Position numbers and translations under genes: made by a program. This document shows positions 16,417 through 25,069 of a DNA stretch of 25,069 nucleotides, piece by piece. Every line of letters starts with the position of its first letter. Position 1 is the stretch's first letter. Source of the stretch: Bdellovibrionota bacterium (GTDB lineage Bacteria > Bdellovibrionota_C > UBA2361 > JBIKWN01); assembly GCA_044356295.1 (NCBI GenBank), contig JBIKWN010000034.1:1-25069 (forward strand). The letters run 5' to 3'. The notes below the pieces were generated by a model, which had not been told where the DNA came from, made no database searches, and saw only the letters and a program-made list of their open reading frames with translations.

Positions 16417-16908
16417 TTATTCTTTATTAAGAAGTGTTTTTAGCCAGCTAACAACACTTGATTTTTCAGTTGTAACCTCTGGAAATTGCTCTGGAATTTC
16501 AAAAATTGCTGTTTTCTTTTTCTTATCGAGGTCGGGTGCAGATAGTATTCTAGAGTATAGCGATTCTGCATTGGGAATATGAGCAGTTTCGATACCATAT
16601 TGCGCTTCGGGTGCTTGATTATTGGTTAGCCTCCAGAAGGCATATCGACCACACGCAGTAGTAAAAAAACACTCTATTTTAAACTCAGAGGATGCTATCG
16701 ACCCTGTAGAGGTAATATTGAAATCATGTCCATTATCAAGTAAAAAAGTATGTTCTAGTGTATCAATCCAGACTTTTTTGGCTCTGTATGCTGAAATTTC
16801 GTCTGAATAAAGCCCCTCTAGACTGGCTGTTTGAGGGTCAAATGAGACATGGTTGAGTAAGGCAATTTCTTTAGTAAGTTCTACTACTCTTTCCTCGGCA
16901 ATGCTCAT
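16417..16908 (-). CDS. Hypothetical protein
   Basis: 163-aa ORF with ATG and an AAGGAAG-like SD, co-directional with the Cas4-like pair. Confidence 0.8.
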   Translation of the reverse strand: MSIAEERVVELTKEIALLNHVSFDPQTASLEGLYSDEISAYRAKKVWIDTLEHTFLLDNGHDFNITSTGSIASSEFKIECFFTTACGRYAFWRLTNNQAPEAQYGIETAHIPNAESLYSRILSAPDLDKKKKTAIFEIPEQFPEVTTEKSSVVSWLKTLLNKE

Positions 16909-17153
16909 ACTACTACTTCCTTACACCTTTTACTTCTTTTTGCTTCCAGTAGATAAGACATCGGACTTTTAGTGAGAGGACTTTAATAAAAGTAGGCAAA
17001 ATACTAGAAATTAGCAGAGCTTAGTTACTTGTGGATTTAAGTAAAAGTATTAGCAAAATTCAAAAATAATCGAGTTTTTTGAGGAAATTGATCTCTTTTT
17101 AACCCACATGTCTGCTAGGTAAGGTTCTTTAAGGCATGCTAAGGATCAGATAG

Positions 17154-17183
17154 TGGCAAATTTAGAGATTTTTTGTCTATAAT
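17154..17183 (+). promoter_or_regulatory. Sigma70-type promoter
   Basis: TGGCAA-N18-TATAAT, with a perfect -10 at 17178-17183. Confidence 0.5.
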
Positions 17184-17197
17184 GAGCATTCTTTCGA

Positions 17198-17299
17198 CAG
17201 AGGGGTACTCGCCCGTAGGATTATTGTTTTGCCAGACTGTGAAGTCTGCTCGATGGTTCTAAAAAAAGTTGCCAAGGTTTATTTCTGGCAACCCCTTTG
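17198..17299 (+). ncRNA. Candidate structured 5' leader RNA
   Basis: Basal stem CAGAGGGG/CCCCTTTG enclosing CAGACT-GTGA-AGTCTG (GNRA loop) and GTTGCCA/TGGCAAC hairpins. Confidence 0.45.
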
Positions 17300-17345
17300 A
17301 CACTGAGACACTAACAACCTTAAACAATTAAAAGGTATCAAATAT

Positions 17346-18068
17346 ATGAGAAATGGAAGAAACGATAATCGTGGCGGCGGCAGACGTGGCGGCGGTGGAA
17401 ATGGTGGACGTCGTGGAGGAGGCGGTCGACATGGTGGTGGACGAAGACATCATAGAAATCCTCGTATGGCAGCAGAGGGTGGTAACAAAAGAGAAAGAAT
17501 TGCAGTAGAAAGCGGTTACCTTGTTCTTATAGATCAATTCATGCTGGCTAATCCTCAGTTCATGGAGCGTATTGCCGCTGTAGTTGATGAAGATCCAGAT
17601 GCAAAAGATGCAATCGTAGCTGATTTTGGTGGAACTGTTATCGATGTTGAACCAGGTACGTACCGTATCGAACGCGATCCTTTTCAATATATCGTTGTGA
17701 TTCATCCTGAAGATGCTGAAGGAATTAATCCAAAAGAACTTCGTGTAAATGCAACACAAAGTCGCGGTGATGTTTTTGTTGATACACGATGCCTAGCAAT
17801 GATCGATCGTGAACTTCTTGACGATAATGATCTGCTTCAAAAATACCAACAGCTTTGGTTTAGTGGTCAAGATAAAGCTTGCCGAGATCTTTTAAGAGAT
17901 AACGGTGGAGCTGTTCGATATGGATTCCAAAGATACGGCGATGAATTACAAGTATATTCAGTACCTGGTCAAGATATCGTATGTCTGTGGCCAAATCCTG
18001 CAACAATGCCAGAGCAGCCGGCTGAAGGAAGCGATGCAGAGGCAGTTGCAGAAGGAGCTGCTGCTTAG
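17346..18068 (+). CDS. Hypothetical protein: RGG-rich N-tail, two internal repeats, acidic C-tail
   Basis: RGGGRRGGGGNGGRRGGGGRHGGGRRHH tail; repeats VESGYLVLID and VDTRCLAMID. Confidence 0.85.
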   Translation: MRNGRNDNRGGGRRGGGGNGGRRGGGGRHGGGRRHHRNPRMAAEGGNKRERIAVESGYLVLIDQFMLANPQFMERIAAVVDEDPDAKDAIVADFGGTVIDVEPGTYRIERDPFQYIVVIHPEDAEGINPKELRVNATQSRGDVFVDTRCLAMIDRELLDDNDLLQKYQQLWFSGQDKACRDLLRDNGGAVRYGFQRYGDELQVYSVPGQDIVCLWPNPATMPEQPAEGSDAEAVAEGAAA

Positions 18069-18097
18069 TAACGCTTACAAGTCCTTACTTGTTTGTT

Positions 18098-18131
18098 AAG
18101 CCCATTTACGATTTCGTATATGGGCTTTTTT
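18098..18131 (+). terminator. Rho-independent terminator between convergent genes
   Basis: AAGCCCAT-TTACGATTTCGTAT-ATGGGCTT with a T-tail. Confidence 0.8.
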
Positions 18132-18132
18132 A

Positions 18133-19350
18133 TTACTGTAGAGCTTGCTCAGTTTTCCAGAGTTTATATCTCGTCAGTAATAGTAATCCAGGAATAGCAG
18201 TTAAAGCACAAAGTATAAAATAAAGTTCCCATCCAACGGATTTTGCAACTGCCCCTGTTCCAAATGAAAACATCGTGCGAGGCATTGAAGAAACGCTTGA
18301 TAGTAGAGCGTACTGAGTTGCACTATAACGTTTGTTACAAATCAATCCCAGAAAAGCAAGAAATGCTGAAGTTCCTAAACCACTTGTCAGATTTTCAATA
18401 ACAACACTAACAATCAGCATATAATGATTTTTACCAAAAGCTGCGAGTGCTGCGAAAGCTAAGATACCAATTGCTTGAATAATACCAAAATAAGTTAAAG
18501 ATTTTTTTAGGCCAATTCTTGGAATTAAGCTTCCACCGATAATTCCACCACCAATTGCAGAAAGCAGACCGTAGGTTTTACCAATGGTTCCAACCTCTGC
18601 GTTAGAAAAACCAAGATCAAGAATGAAGGGTGTAGACATTGCAGCTGCAAATACATCACCTATTTTATAGAGCATGATAAATAGTAGCATTTCATAGCAA
18701 TGCGTTCGTTTGAGAAAATCTTTAAGAGGTTCGATTACCGATGCAACGAGGGTACGAGGTGGTGCATGTTCAATTGCTGGTTCTTTTGAAAAAAAAGTTG
18801 TGATGACACCAAGCACCATAATAGCAGAGATCCCAATATAGATCTGATGCCAAGTGAAAAATTGAGTGCTCCAAAGTGCTACTGCTCCAGCAAGGAGTAA
18901 GCCGACTCGGTAACCTGCAACAAATACCGATGCTCCCAGACCTAATTCTTCATCCGAGAGGATATCTCTTCGATATGCATCAAGAACGATATCTTGAGTG
19001 GCACTGATAAAGGAAGCAGCAAAAGCAACAAGTGATATCAGATAAAGATGTGTTGAAGGAGAAAGAGATGCAATGATTAAAAATAGAATTACTAAAAGTG
19101 ACTGCGACAGATACATCCAGCTCTTTCTTCTTCCTAGTTTAAAGAGTGCATATCTATCTACAAATGGCGCCCACAAAAATTTATATGAATAAGGAATGCC
19201 AACAAGCGAGAAAAGTCCGATCGTCGTTAGGTCGATAGACTCATTTTTCATCCATACTTGTAGCGTCCCGCCGGCTGCTACCAGGGGTAGTCCAGAGCTT
19301 ATTCCCAGGAAAAAACATAAAATAATCGGCACAGTAAAGTTAGAACGCAT
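18133..19350 (-). CDS. ampG: AmpG-family muropeptide MFS transporter
   Basis: LGISSGLPL, PYSYKFLWAPFVDR, LGRRKSW, SATQDIVLDAYR, GYRVG, YSATQYALLSS. Confidence 0.95.
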   Translation of the reverse strand: MRSNFTVPIILCFFLGISSGLPLVAAGGTLQVWMKNESIDLTTIGLFSLVGIPYSYKFLWAPFVDRYALFKLGRRKSWMYLSQSLLVILFLIIASLSPSTHLYLISLVAFAASFISATQDIVLDAYRRDILSDEELGLGASVFVAGYRVGLLLAGAVALWSTQFFTWHQIYIGISAIMVLGVITTFFSKEPAIEHAPPRTLVASVIEPLKDFLKRTHCYEMLLFIMLYKIGDVFAAAMSTPFILDLGFSNAEVGTIGKTYGLLSAIGGGIIGGSLIPRIGLKKSLTYFGIIQAIGILAFAALAAFGKNHYMLIVSVVIENLTSGLGTSAFLAFLGLICNKRYSATQYALLSSVSSMPRTMFSFGTGAVAKSVGWELYFILCALTAIPGLLLLTRYKLWKTEQALQ

Positions 19351-19410
19351 AAGGACTAAATATTATTAGTAGAACGACCGATATCTTCTCACGGGAGTAT
19401 TGAAAGCAAC

Positions 19411-20334
19411 ATGAGTCATTTGCGGGAAGATATCAGTCAATTCTTAGAGGAAGCTCGAGGGTATGCTTTGGATGAGGATCTTCTTTCTTCACTTGGGGTC
19501 TTAAATCATGCGCGAGGAATCTTGCAAGATGCTGGAGAAATGCTCACGTATGAAATGAGTATCGTACTTGAAGCAATTGGAGAAAATTATATTGCTCAAG
19601 ATTTAGAAAATGAAGCAATTATCTATTTTGAGAAGTCGCTAGCAATACGAGAAGCAATCTCTGCTGTTGAGACAATTGAAACAGGGGAATTATTTTGTAA
19701 GACTGCTGAACTGTTAGGCGCAGAAGGACAGTTTGATCAAGCTGAAGAATATAGCCTGCGATCATTACAGATTCTAGAAGTCTTTGAGCCTAATACAAAT
19801 GAAACAATTAGTACCTTGAAACATAATTTAGGAATTATTCTGTTTTCAAAAAATGAAAGTGACAGAGCTTTACCTTTTCTTGAAAGTGCTCGAGATCTTC
19901 GTAGAGAAATATACGGAGAATTATCTGAACAGGTTTTTGAAACGAATCAAGGATTGCAACATATATACAGTACGCTTTCCATGAATAATGAGCTTCTTAG
20001 TTGTCTTGAAAATAGTATTACTTTTGCACAAGGTTATTGGGGTAAAGATGCTGAAGAAGTTGATGAATTACAACGAAAGTATAGAGCTTTAACTGGTTTT
20101 GATTTTATAAATACTCAAAATGAAAAATCTTCAATTAAAGATTCCAGCGACTCAATTATTTCAGCGCTTATTATTGCCTCTATTGAAGCAATACACTCAA
20201 AACAGCATAATGTAGCGGTTGAGATTTTGGAACTTTCACGAAAGCTTCTCAACAATTCTTCAGAAAATCAAAGTCACGTTGATGAATCAATAGTGAACTC
20301 TATTCGTTCAATGCTTGAACAAAATGAGTCTTAA
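19411..20334 (+). CDS. Tetratricopeptide repeat protein
   Basis: EAIIYFEKSLAIRE, HNLGIILF, ALPFLESARDLRREIYG (kinesin-light-chain-type TPRs). Confidence 0.8.
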   Translation: MSHLREDISQFLEEARGYALDEDLLSSLGVLNHARGILQDAGEMLTYEMSIVLEAIGENYIAQDLENEAIIYFEKSLAIREAISAVETIETGELFCKTAELLGAEGQFDQAEEYSLRSLQILEVFEPNTNETISTLKHNLGIILFSKNESDRALPFLESARDLRREIYGELSEQVFETNQGLQHIYSTLSMNNELLSCLENSITFAQGYWGKDAEEVDELQRKYRALTGFDFINTQNEKSSIKDSSDSIISALIIASIEAIHSKQHNVAVEILELSRKLLNNSSENQSHVDESIVNSIRSMLEQNES

Positions 20335-20352
20335 ATTCTAGAGAGAAAACTT

Positions 20353-21729
20353 TTAAGTAAAAATAGAAATACCTGAGCGACTAAATTGCTCTGTAAAGAT
20401 TTGATCTGATGCAAATCCCGCCTTTTGTATAACTTGTTCTAGTACTTCTCTAAAATCAACTCCTGCTACAAGTGTTTGATCGTCCCTTCGGTACCCATAT
20501 CCACCTGGAATTTCACCTCGACTCCCTTGAATGCCACGTTTCATAAAATCAATTGCATTGTATTCTGTTGGTCCAAGAACTGATTGGCGTGCTTGAGTAT
20601 CAAGTACCAGCATCATACCGCCGTGTCCATGATCATTACCTTTACTCGCGTTTTCAAATCCATTTCTTCCAAATTCACCATGGGCAAGAATTACGGCTCG
20701 ATCAGCGACAGATCCTAGTGATAGGTCTTCACAGAATGCTTTGAGCGAAAGATTAAGTTGACTGGCCAACATTGGAATTCGATCGTCACCGTCACCATGA
20801 GTATCCCATCCTCCGAGTTCAACAGTGACAAACTGTGGAGGTCGATTTGAGCGAATCAAGATTGCTATATCTCGTAACCGTTTTGCAAACCAATGCATCT
20901 CTCCAGGGACTTGGGTTGTCGTAAGAAGATTTGATGTTGGATAGAATGCTTTCTGGTTTGATGCAAGATTCTCATATGAATCAACAAGTGATCTCATTAC
21001 TTCAACAGAGCTATCCATCGCAGTCAGTGCTTGCTTCATGGCGGTATCACTTATATTTAAATCCTGACCAGCTTTAACATTTTTAAAAACTTGACGAGCA
21101 AAAGCAGAATGCCCATCCCATGTATCTCCAGAAAATCTATATGCTTTCAGATCATCTAATAATAGAGGTTGAACTGTTTGAGACCATAAAACAGGTGAGC
21201 GCCCTGCAAAACTAAAAACCGAAAAATCTTTTCCAACACAGAATTGATCAGCAAGACGACCAGCCCAGCCTGTTCCTTGAGCCGAATAGTTTCTAGATCC
21301 AAATTTTATAATATTTGAGCTCTCTTCGTGGGAGTAATTTTGGCTTGGATATCCTACATAGTTAATCAGAGAAGCCTTAAATGAAAATAGAGAAGAGTTC
21401 ATCGCATCTCTAATTGAAGACAACGATTGGTGGAGTACATATTTATTAGAAGATGAAATTGCTAATCCAGATGGATTTGTTCCAACGCCAATTCCAAGTG
21501 ATGGATTGTTTGTGGCATAGGTTGAGAATGCAGACGAGCTTGATGAAGGAGCAAGAAGTAGGTGAGAAGCGGGACCGCCACCAAGCCATATGTGTACGAG
21601 AGTTTTATTACTACTTCCACAGTTGTCAGCGAATGCAGTTGTTCCAAAAGGTCTCAAAGCTGTAACCAATGCTGTGCCAACTCCGTATGTTGCTGCTCTT
21701 TTAAGAAAGGATCGTCGTGATTGTTTCAT
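20353..21729 (-). CDS. DUF1501 domain protein with Tat signal
   Basis: SRRSFLK twin-arginine signal, LVHIWLGGG, NYSHE, GWAGR, GGWDTH, GEFGR, GNDHGHG. Confidence 0.9.
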   Translation of the reverse strand: MKQSRRSFLKRAATYGVGTALVTALRPFGTTAFADNCGSSNKTLVHIWLGGGPASHLLLAPSSSSSAFSTYATNNPSLGIGVGTNPSGLAISSSNKYVLHQSLSSIRDAMNSSLFSFKASLINYVGYPSQNYSHEESSNIIKFGSRNYSAQGTGWAGRLADQFCVGKDFSVFSFAGRSPVLWSQTVQPLLLDDLKAYRFSGDTWDGHSAFARQVFKNVKAGQDLNISDTAMKQALTAMDSSVEVMRSLVDSYENLASNQKAFYPTSNLLTTTQVPGEMHWFAKRLRDIAILIRSNRPPQFVTVELGGWDTHGDGDDRIPMLASQLNLSLKAFCEDLSLGSVADRAVILAHGEFGRNGFENASKGNDHGHGGMMLVLDTQARQSVLGPTEYNAIDFMKRGIQGSRGEIPGGYGYRRDDQTLVAGVDFREVLEQVIQKAGFASDQIFTEQFSRSGISIFT

Positions 21730-21733
21730 AAAT

Positions 21734-23707
21734 TTACCTTAAATTATTCAACGCCACTAACAAAACCCATAGCCTCGGTAACCTTGCGTTTACATGCCAG
21801 TAATCATTTGTATTAAACGGACTATTGTTTACTGAGGTAATTTGTCGAGTAGCACCATTATAACCTATAGATTTGTCAAGGATACGGGAAAGTTCAATCC
21901 GCTGCTCTGATGTTAGGTTTGTTAAATTAAATTGCGGTAATAAGTGGTCCAATATTTGCGATGAGGTAGGTGAGCTTCTACCTGGAGGTAGTAGCTGACT
22001 CCATGTCCACAATACTGTTCTGGCACCTTCACCTGTATTGATTGGTCGCAAAACATTTTGGTTGGTAATATTTGTAAGTGTATTTTGAAAATAGAGTTGC
22101 CATGCTGAGTTCGCATAATCTAATGATTTAGTACCAAAGACAGTTGGAAACTTAGTAAGACGAAATCCTGCATCTTTTAACCACCAAACAATACTGGTAA
22201 TGAGCTGTGTTGATGTTCCACTTCCTTCTGGAACAAGTTGAGCTGTTGTCATTTTAGCACGTAAAATGCCTTGTACTACTTGCTCAACAGGACTCATGAC
22301 GATACTTCGTTGATTTTGAGAAGAATAAAATACTTCTGAAAGAAAGAGTTTTTTTAAAGTTTTATTAAAATTAAAATTTTCTTCACGAAGTATTTTTGAA
22401 AGAGCAACAACGGCATCATGTGAAGGAGTTTCATTCAAATATTCTTTAGCAAGCCTCCATGCAAGAAAGTGTTCTGGTCGTCTGCATGCAAATGTTTGAT
22501 CAATTACCTCCATATCACGTGGAAGCCCTGTTGATTCGTTAAAATTAATTTGTGTTTCGCACGATGTACCTTCAAAGATTGTTTGCGGATCTGTATCTAC
22601 GTAGGCTGAACGCAGAACCCGAGAATTGACCCATACACCAGGTAATACTTGAATTCTTTGAACTCCCCAACCAGCATGCATTCTTCCTGAACGCCTTACG
22701 TCTAACTCAACGTAATCTTTTTCATTTGGAAATAGTGGGTTAGGGGAACCAAGTGTAAACAGTTCAAACATCTCTCTTGCATAGTTTATATTTGGAGCTT
22801 GTTTGGTATTTGTTGCGCCATCAAGCCAGATAAGCATCGCAGGATCTCGACTCATTTTTTTTAGGAGAGGTATATAGTTTCCGTCAACAGCACCGGCACG
22901 AAGAAGATTCATATGGTCTCGCATTAAATCTTTTTGTTCCCATGCAAGTACTTCTTGAGAGGTAGCAAGAAGGTTATGGAGGAAAAAGAATGCAAGACGT
23001 TCATGATATCGATTTGGTGAATTCAGTAACAAGTAGAATGACCAGTACATTAATCCCCACTCTCTGACTCGTGGTTCATCACGACTTTCATCAACAAGAT
23101 CATCAATAAATCTTGTCGCATCTGCTTCAACAGAAGCAGCACTTTGATATCGCATCATATAATCGACTACGGCTTCTAATCCTTGTTCACGAGCAATGGT
23201 ATAAGCTTCATCTGGAACTGCTCCAAGCGCAGCTCGTTGATATAAATGACGAACATCTTGATCTGAGACTGAACGATTTAATCTGATGAGTGGATCTGGC
23301 GTTGAGGTAGGAGTTGGCGTTGGGGTAATATCTGTTGGTGGTACACCAGATCGACATTGAGTAAGAATTGGATTTACTTTTGCTGAAGGAAATTTGGTGA
23401 GTATTTTGAGAGCAGACCGCCGAATAATCCTATTTGAAGATTTTGAGCGTGATTTATAATAGCTTTGCCAAGATGAAAAAAGAATATTTTTTTTATTATG
23501 TGAAAGTATCAGTTGCCATCTATTTTTAACTTTTCCGCATCGTAGAGTTTTTAAAGAAGTATCTGTACCTCGATAAGGTTTAAAAATATCTTTAGCTTGA
23601 ACAGGAGAAGGAAAGCGAGACTGTGCAGTTGCTACCGCAGTAGATGTAATAAATATGAGAACTAAAAAAAAACTTACTTTAAGAATACGGTCTACGTTCG
23701 ATGGCAT
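21734..23707 (-). CDS. DUF1800 family protein
   Basis: HLYQRAALG, ERLAFF, DPAMLIWLDG..N....PNINYAREMFELFTLG, SPVE. N-terminal signal peptide and PT linker. Adjacent to DUF1501. Confidence 0.9.
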   Translation of the reverse strand: MPSNVDRILKVSFFLVLIFITSTAVATAQSRFPSPVQAKDIFKPYRGTDTSLKTLRCGKVKNRWQLILSHNKKNILFSSWQSYYKSRSKSSNRIIRRSALKILTKFPSAKVNPILTQCRSGVPPTDITPTPTPTSTPDPLIRLNRSVSDQDVRHLYQRAALGAVPDEAYTIAREQGLEAVVDYMMRYQSAASVEADATRFIDDLVDESRDEPRVREWGLMYWSFYLLLNSPNRYHERLAFFFLHNLLATSQEVLAWEQKDLMRDHMNLLRAGAVDGNYIPLLKKMSRDPAMLIWLDGATNTKQAPNINYAREMFELFTLGSPNPLFPNEKDYVELDVRRSGRMHAGWGVQRIQVLPGVWVNSRVLRSAYVDTDPQTIFEGTSCETQINFNESTGLPRDMEVIDQTFACRRPEHFLAWRLAKEYLNETPSHDAVVALSKILREENFNFNKTLKKLFLSEVFYSSQNQRSIVMSPVEQVVQGILRAKMTTAQLVPEGSGTSTQLITSIVWWLKDAGFRLTKFPTVFGTKSLDYANSAWQLYFQNTLTNITNQNVLRPINTGEGARTVLWTWSQLLPPGRSSPTSSQILDHLLPQFNLTNLTSEQRIELSRILDKSIGYNGATRQITSVNNSPFNTNDYWHVNARLPRLWVLLVALNNLR

Positions 23708-23883
23708 ACGATACCTTGTAAAATTGCAGACTAGGGATAAGCAACGTCCACATATCGGTACGTCTAAAGATAATGGTTCTATCTTTCTCTAGGAGAAATA
23801 TGGATTTTTCACATCGCCACTACGAATCTTTAGTACATAATTCGTAGAATTGACTTAAGGAAATCTGGTAGATTTTTGCCTTA

Positions 23884-24258
23884 TTAACTTAAGCTAAGGC
23901 CAACTATAGCAATACTCATACCCAACATCAGAGCAGCTGGTATCGTTTTTACAATTGGATCCTTTACCTTAGCATGCATTGTTACAGCACCGAGCATCAG
24001 ACCAGTGACCATTAGTGCAGCTGGAAGAACTAAGGAAGGAATCCAAAGCCCAACTAATAGCAGAATCGCTGAACTAATCTTAAGTACCCCAACAACAGTA
24101 CAAAACCAGCCCGGTAGACCATATACGGCAAATTCTTCTTTTATATTCTTAGCATTTCCACCGCGGTAAGCTGTGCTCATATTGGCGCGAATGAGCCATA
24201 CATTTAAAAGCCCCAATGCCACAATCGTTTGAACTATTTGAAGAAGAGTTTGTGCCAT
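23884..24258 (-). CDS. DoxX-like family membrane protein
   Basis: [30 protein letters not shown]; four hydrophobic helices. Confidence 0.85.
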   Translation of the reverse strand: MAQTLLQIVQTIVALGLLNVWLIRANMSTAYRGGNAKNIKEEFAVYGLPGWFCTVVGVLKISSAILLLVGLWIPSLVLPAALMVTGLMLGAVTMHAKVKDPIVKTIPAALMLGMSIAIVGLSLS

Positions 24259-24342
24259 TCTAGATCCTTTAATTTTTAATGATTAGCCTTAAGAAGGTAA
24301 TACAGTCACAATGAAGAATAGTTCTTTTAATGAGTATCTTCA

Positions 24343-24675
24343 ATGCAAATATTTCATAGTATCTTAGCTCTCGTCTCGGCGGTGTCTTTTATTGTATACG
24401 GAAGCTTATGTCTTTTTACTGGTAGTATGTCAGCTGAATTTGAGCGCTACCAATTGTCCTCGATGAGGAAGCTCATTGGTTTTCTCGAAATTGCTGGCGG
24501 TATTGGTATACTTTTTGGTTTTTTCTATCAACCTCTTTTGACTCTGAGTGCGCTTTGCCTTGCACTACTCATGCTCTGTGCATTGCTTGTAAGAATAAAA
24601 ATCCAAGATAAGTTTGTATCGTGCTTACCAGCTCTTATCTTATGTGTAATCAATTTCTATATCGTATTATATTAA
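24343..24675 (+). CDS. DoxX-like family membrane protein
   Basis: MSAEFERYQL, IGFLEIAGGIG, VRIKIQD...LPA. Confidence 0.85.
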   Translation: MQIFHSILALVSAVSFIVYGSLCLFTGSMSAEFERYQLSSMRKLIGFLEIAGGIGILFGFFYQPLLTLSALCLALLMLCALLVRIKIQDKFVSCLPALILCVINFYIVLY

Positions 24676-24750
24676 TTTTAAGATAGAGAAATAGTATAAT
24701 TTGAAAGTGGTTTTTTACTGCAGAGGTAAGCAGGATAATTCATTTTAAAA

Positions 24751-24828
24751 TTAGTAACGTGAAGGTCGCTAAGTACGCCAAGTATCTATTTAGATCCTTC
24801 GCTTACTTCGCGACCTTCGCGTTATTAA
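24751..24828. repeat. REP-like long imperfect palindrome
   Basis: TTAGTAACGTGAAGGTCGCTAAGTA...TACTTCGCGACCTTCGCGTTATTAA, GC-rich within an AT-rich intergenic region. Confidence 0.75.
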
Positions 24829-25069
24829 AAATATTTTCAGTTATTTTCGACCGGACAGTAGTTGTACATTATACTCTGCGGTAAAAAAAAACCTCAAAAG
24901 TATCAATGAAATGACCTAAAACTTGCTTACCCCTAATGCTGTGGTAATATCTTAAGCACAACAATTCACTTGGTTTGGAGCCTTGCTTAATATGTTTACA
25001 ATCACTGCATTCTATAAATTCGCACGCTTTTCAACAATCCGCATAGAAGTATTTCAAAAAGATCTTAAT

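Noticed and set aside
15435..17345. CRISPR-Cas locus around the Cas4-like genes
   Set aside because: No repeat-spacer array and no cas1, cas2 or effector genes are visible in the window.
17328..17759. 143-aa minus-strand Ser/Thr/Ala-rich ORF
   Set aside because: Antisense shadow of the Gly/Arg codon run in the plus-strand gene.
3342..22116. Other short ORFs nested in or antisense to long genes (e.g. 3342, 4019, 5742, 12329, 15775, 21453)
   Set aside because: Fully overlap well-supported CDSs and lack family motifs.
24830..25069. Partial gene at the right edge
   Set aside because: The minus-strand frames I read hit stops early and no recognisable protein motif was found; no call supported.

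Overview
AT-rich bacterial chromosomal window. The short flagellin plus FlgO suggest a Gram-negative, possibly Bdellovibrionota/deltaproteobacteria-like host (inference only). Bases 1-2761 are the decaying distal end of an integron cassette array, with no integrase in the window. An IS3-family transposase 3' end interrupts one attC. Four cassettes follow (RHH-MazF toxin-antitoxin, GNAT, DUF2059-like, ORFan), separated by one intact and two degenerate attC sites of the same family. A last half-attC is cut off by a second IS3-like end. The remainder is: zinc-ribbon/TPR protein with AI-2E transporter, prfC, a flagellin with structured 5' and 3' UTRs, two GT2 glycosyltransferases, two FlgO-like lipoproteins, a 4-gene unknown/cupin operon, a solo Cas4-like nuclease apparently split into two membrane-anchored polypeptides (no CRISPR array or cas1/cas2), an RGG-tailed tandem-domain protein behind a structured leader, ampG, a TPR protein, a DUF1800/DUF1501 pair, two divergent DoxX genes and a REP-like palindrome. 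All family assignments come from motif recognition by eye; no searches were run.
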